Assembly (NCBI GenBank): GCA_965200245.1
Contig: CBDATS010000005.1
Coordinates: 448,001-512,000 of the forward strand
From: a bacterium
GTDB lineage: Bacteria; UBA8248
Direction of reading: 5' to 3'
Length of the DNA stretch: 64,000 nucleotides
Of this stretch, positions 62,287 through 64,000 are shown piece after piece. The position numbers were made by a program, and so were the translations under genes. The notes beneath the pieces were generated by a model. The model saw only the letters and a program-made list of their open reading frames with translations, was not told the DNA's origin and ran no database searches. Each line of letters starts with the position of its first letter. The stretch's first letter is position 1.

Positions 62287-62940
62287 ATGTCCAGGGTCCC
62301 GTTGCTCGAAAGAGAAAACGCCGGGGGCGAGATTGCGCGCACCTTTGACATCCTGAACAACTTTCAGCGAAGGCAGGTTAACTCCACTCGTGCAACGGCG
62401 CACTCCCCATTTCTGGCGCGTATCTTCTATCCCCTCGTCCAGACCCTCATGCGCGAAGGGCTGGGAACCGTGCTGTCTTCCAAAATCAAGGAGCTCGCCG
62501 TCATCAAGACCAGCCAGATAAACGGGTGCGACTACTGACTCGCCCACAACACCGCTCTCGGCCGGGTGCTGGGAATCACGGATGACCACGTTGCCGCCAT
62601 CGGATCGGATGTGTACATGGATTCGCCGCTCCTCACGCCCAGGGAAAAGTCAGCCGTCCTTTGGGCCGAACATGTGACGCGAAACACCGCCAGGGCCCGG
62701 GACGATGTGGCTGAAGAAGTGCAGAAACATTTCACGGACGCCGAGTTCGTGGAACTCACCTTCGTCATCAGCTACTTCAACATGAGAAACCGCTATCATG
62801 ACTCCTTGAAGTTGCCGAACGACAAGACGGAAATCGTCGAGGACATCAACCGCCTTCGGCCTGATCCGACGAAGCTCAAAAGGTTCTTGCAGGAAATTCT
62901 CGACCACTGGCCGGAAGCTTTCCCCGAACCCAATGAATGA
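62287..62940 (+). CDS. AhpD/carboxymuconolactone decarboxylase family protein, putative selenoprotein (CxxU, Sec84, TGA 62536-62538)
   Basis: KELAVIKTSQINGCDY-U-LAHN..LGR.LGIT continues in frame to the ORF at 62566; candidate SECIS at 62543-62573. Confidence 0.88.
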
Positions 62941-63007
62941 GGCGCACACTCACGGTAGCGCAAAGCGAAGAACACCCATGAACCACCCCGGAGAGGAGGA
63001 GCAATAA

Positions 63008-63733
63008 ATGGACCGAGGAATCTGGGCGGTATGGTACGACCTTCCCGAAAAGGGGGCGGATGAATACATATCCTGGCTTCATGAGGTTCACATCCCGGAA
63101 GCTCTTGAACGTCCCGGCTACCTGTGGGCGGCGCACGTAAAAAATATCGTTACGCCCGAGCGTGAGGAGCGAATCCGGGGAGTCGTCTATCATACTGACG
63201 ATGAAAGTGTCCCCATCGGGGTTCAGTACCTCATGCTCTACGGTGCACTCTCGCCAAACGCTTTTCTAGACCCCAGTCCCGACCAGATGACGGAGAAGAT
63301 GACGGCGCAGACGCGTGCGAAGCTTGGGATGCGGCTGAACGCGCGATCCTGCATCTTCATGGAACACAACCGCATCGACGGTCCCGAGGCCAGGAACCGG
63401 GCACCAGGTATCACACCCGGCCCCGGCATCCAGTTCGGGACTTTCAACATCAACGCCGTCGAGAACGAGGACGAACTCGGCTGCTGGTACTCCCAGGTGC
63501 GTATGCCGCGCCTCACGAAAATGGAAGGCTGCGTAGGCGCGCGGAACCTCGTTTCGGTTTCGGGCTGGGCGAAGCACGGGATACTCTATGAATGGATATC
63601 CCTGGAGTCGCTCGAAAAGAATTTCACGACGGAGAAGATACCCCGCTCCCGCCAGGCCGTGAACACCCTTGTCCACGCGCCCAGTTCCCCGAGTCTCGGC
63701 GAGCGCATCTGGCCGCCAGTGGGGAGTGGCTGA
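63008..63733 (+). CDS. Hypothetical protein (dimeric alpha/beta barrel, EthD/DUF4286-like)
   Basis: Two repeats of W...H/R.P....PG/EG pattern; RBS GAGGAG. Confidence 0.6.
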   Translation: MDRGIWAVWYDLPEKGADEYISWLHEVHIPEALERPGYLWAAHVKNIVTPEREERIRGVVYHTDDESVPIGVQYLMLYGALSPNAFLDPSPDQMTEKMTAQTRAKLGMRLNARSCIFMEHNRIDGPEARNRAPGITPGPGIQFGTFNINAVENEDELGCWYSQVRMPRLTKMEGCVGARNLVSVSGWAKHGILYEWISLESLEKNFTTEKIPRSRQAVNTLVHAPSSPSLGERIWPPVGSG

Positions 63734-63761
63734 AGAGAAAGGTTTTCGCCGTCCCCACGAA

Positions 63762-64000
63762 TCAATATGTAAGTTTCGAAAAACTCTCGAAGAAGTGTGC
63801 GAGGAATTTCTCGGACTGGACAACGCCCGCGACCTGCGCGTATTCGTTCGCTGCGTGCTTTCGCATGGCGTTGCACGGGAGCCCGCCGATCCATGGCACG
63901 CCCAGTTCTTCGGTCCACATGGCAACGGGCATACCCGCCGGATGTACGGGCCAGACTTCCGGATCCGCCCCCATATCTGCATGGGCTTTCAGGAAGCACT
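63762..64000 (-). CDS. C-terminus of an M20-family metallopeptidase (partial)
   Basis: Open to the window edge; LGVPWIGG...HAANEY motif. Confidence 0.6.
   Translation of the reverse strand, partial: CFLKAHADMGADPEVWPVHPAGMPVAMWTEELGVPWIGGLPCNAMRKHAANEYAQVAGVVQSEKFLAHFFESFSKLTY

Noticed and set aside
1-64000. CRISPR array, tRNA or rRNA genes
   Set aside because: No regularly spaced repeats, cloverleaf or rRNA-like sequence noticed; tRNA-Sec and sel genes were not seen in this window

Overview
Bacterial chromosomal window of about 60% GC. The gene content tentatively suggests a Nitrospinota/Tectomicrobia-like, possibly host-associated lineage, which is inference only. Core genes include dtd, nadK, acs, thiSGE under a TPP riboswitch, bioA, pyrE, dnaX-ybaB-recR behind an SRP RNA, and fhs. 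Accessory content includes the start of a ladderane-type FAS II cluster, TRAP, TTT and peptide ABC transporters, SDRs, MBL-fold proteins and hydrolases. The main hidden signal is three genes that the ORF track splits at an in-frame TGA lying exactly at the family's catalytic Cys, each followed by a SECIS-like hairpin. Two of these putative selenoproteins are adjacent (OsmC-like and DUF442/Blh-type sulfurtransferase) and the third is an AhpD/CMD protein with CxxU. Also notable are an orphan NHLP-leader RiPP precursor with an 11-aa core (IDRWGSRDYGP) and an SRP RNA with a long extended stem. Genome erosion is pervasive (recN, rhodanese, NCS2 permease, hflX, mazEF, SDR, a whole TRAP operon), and several lesions look like microhomology-mediated deletions.
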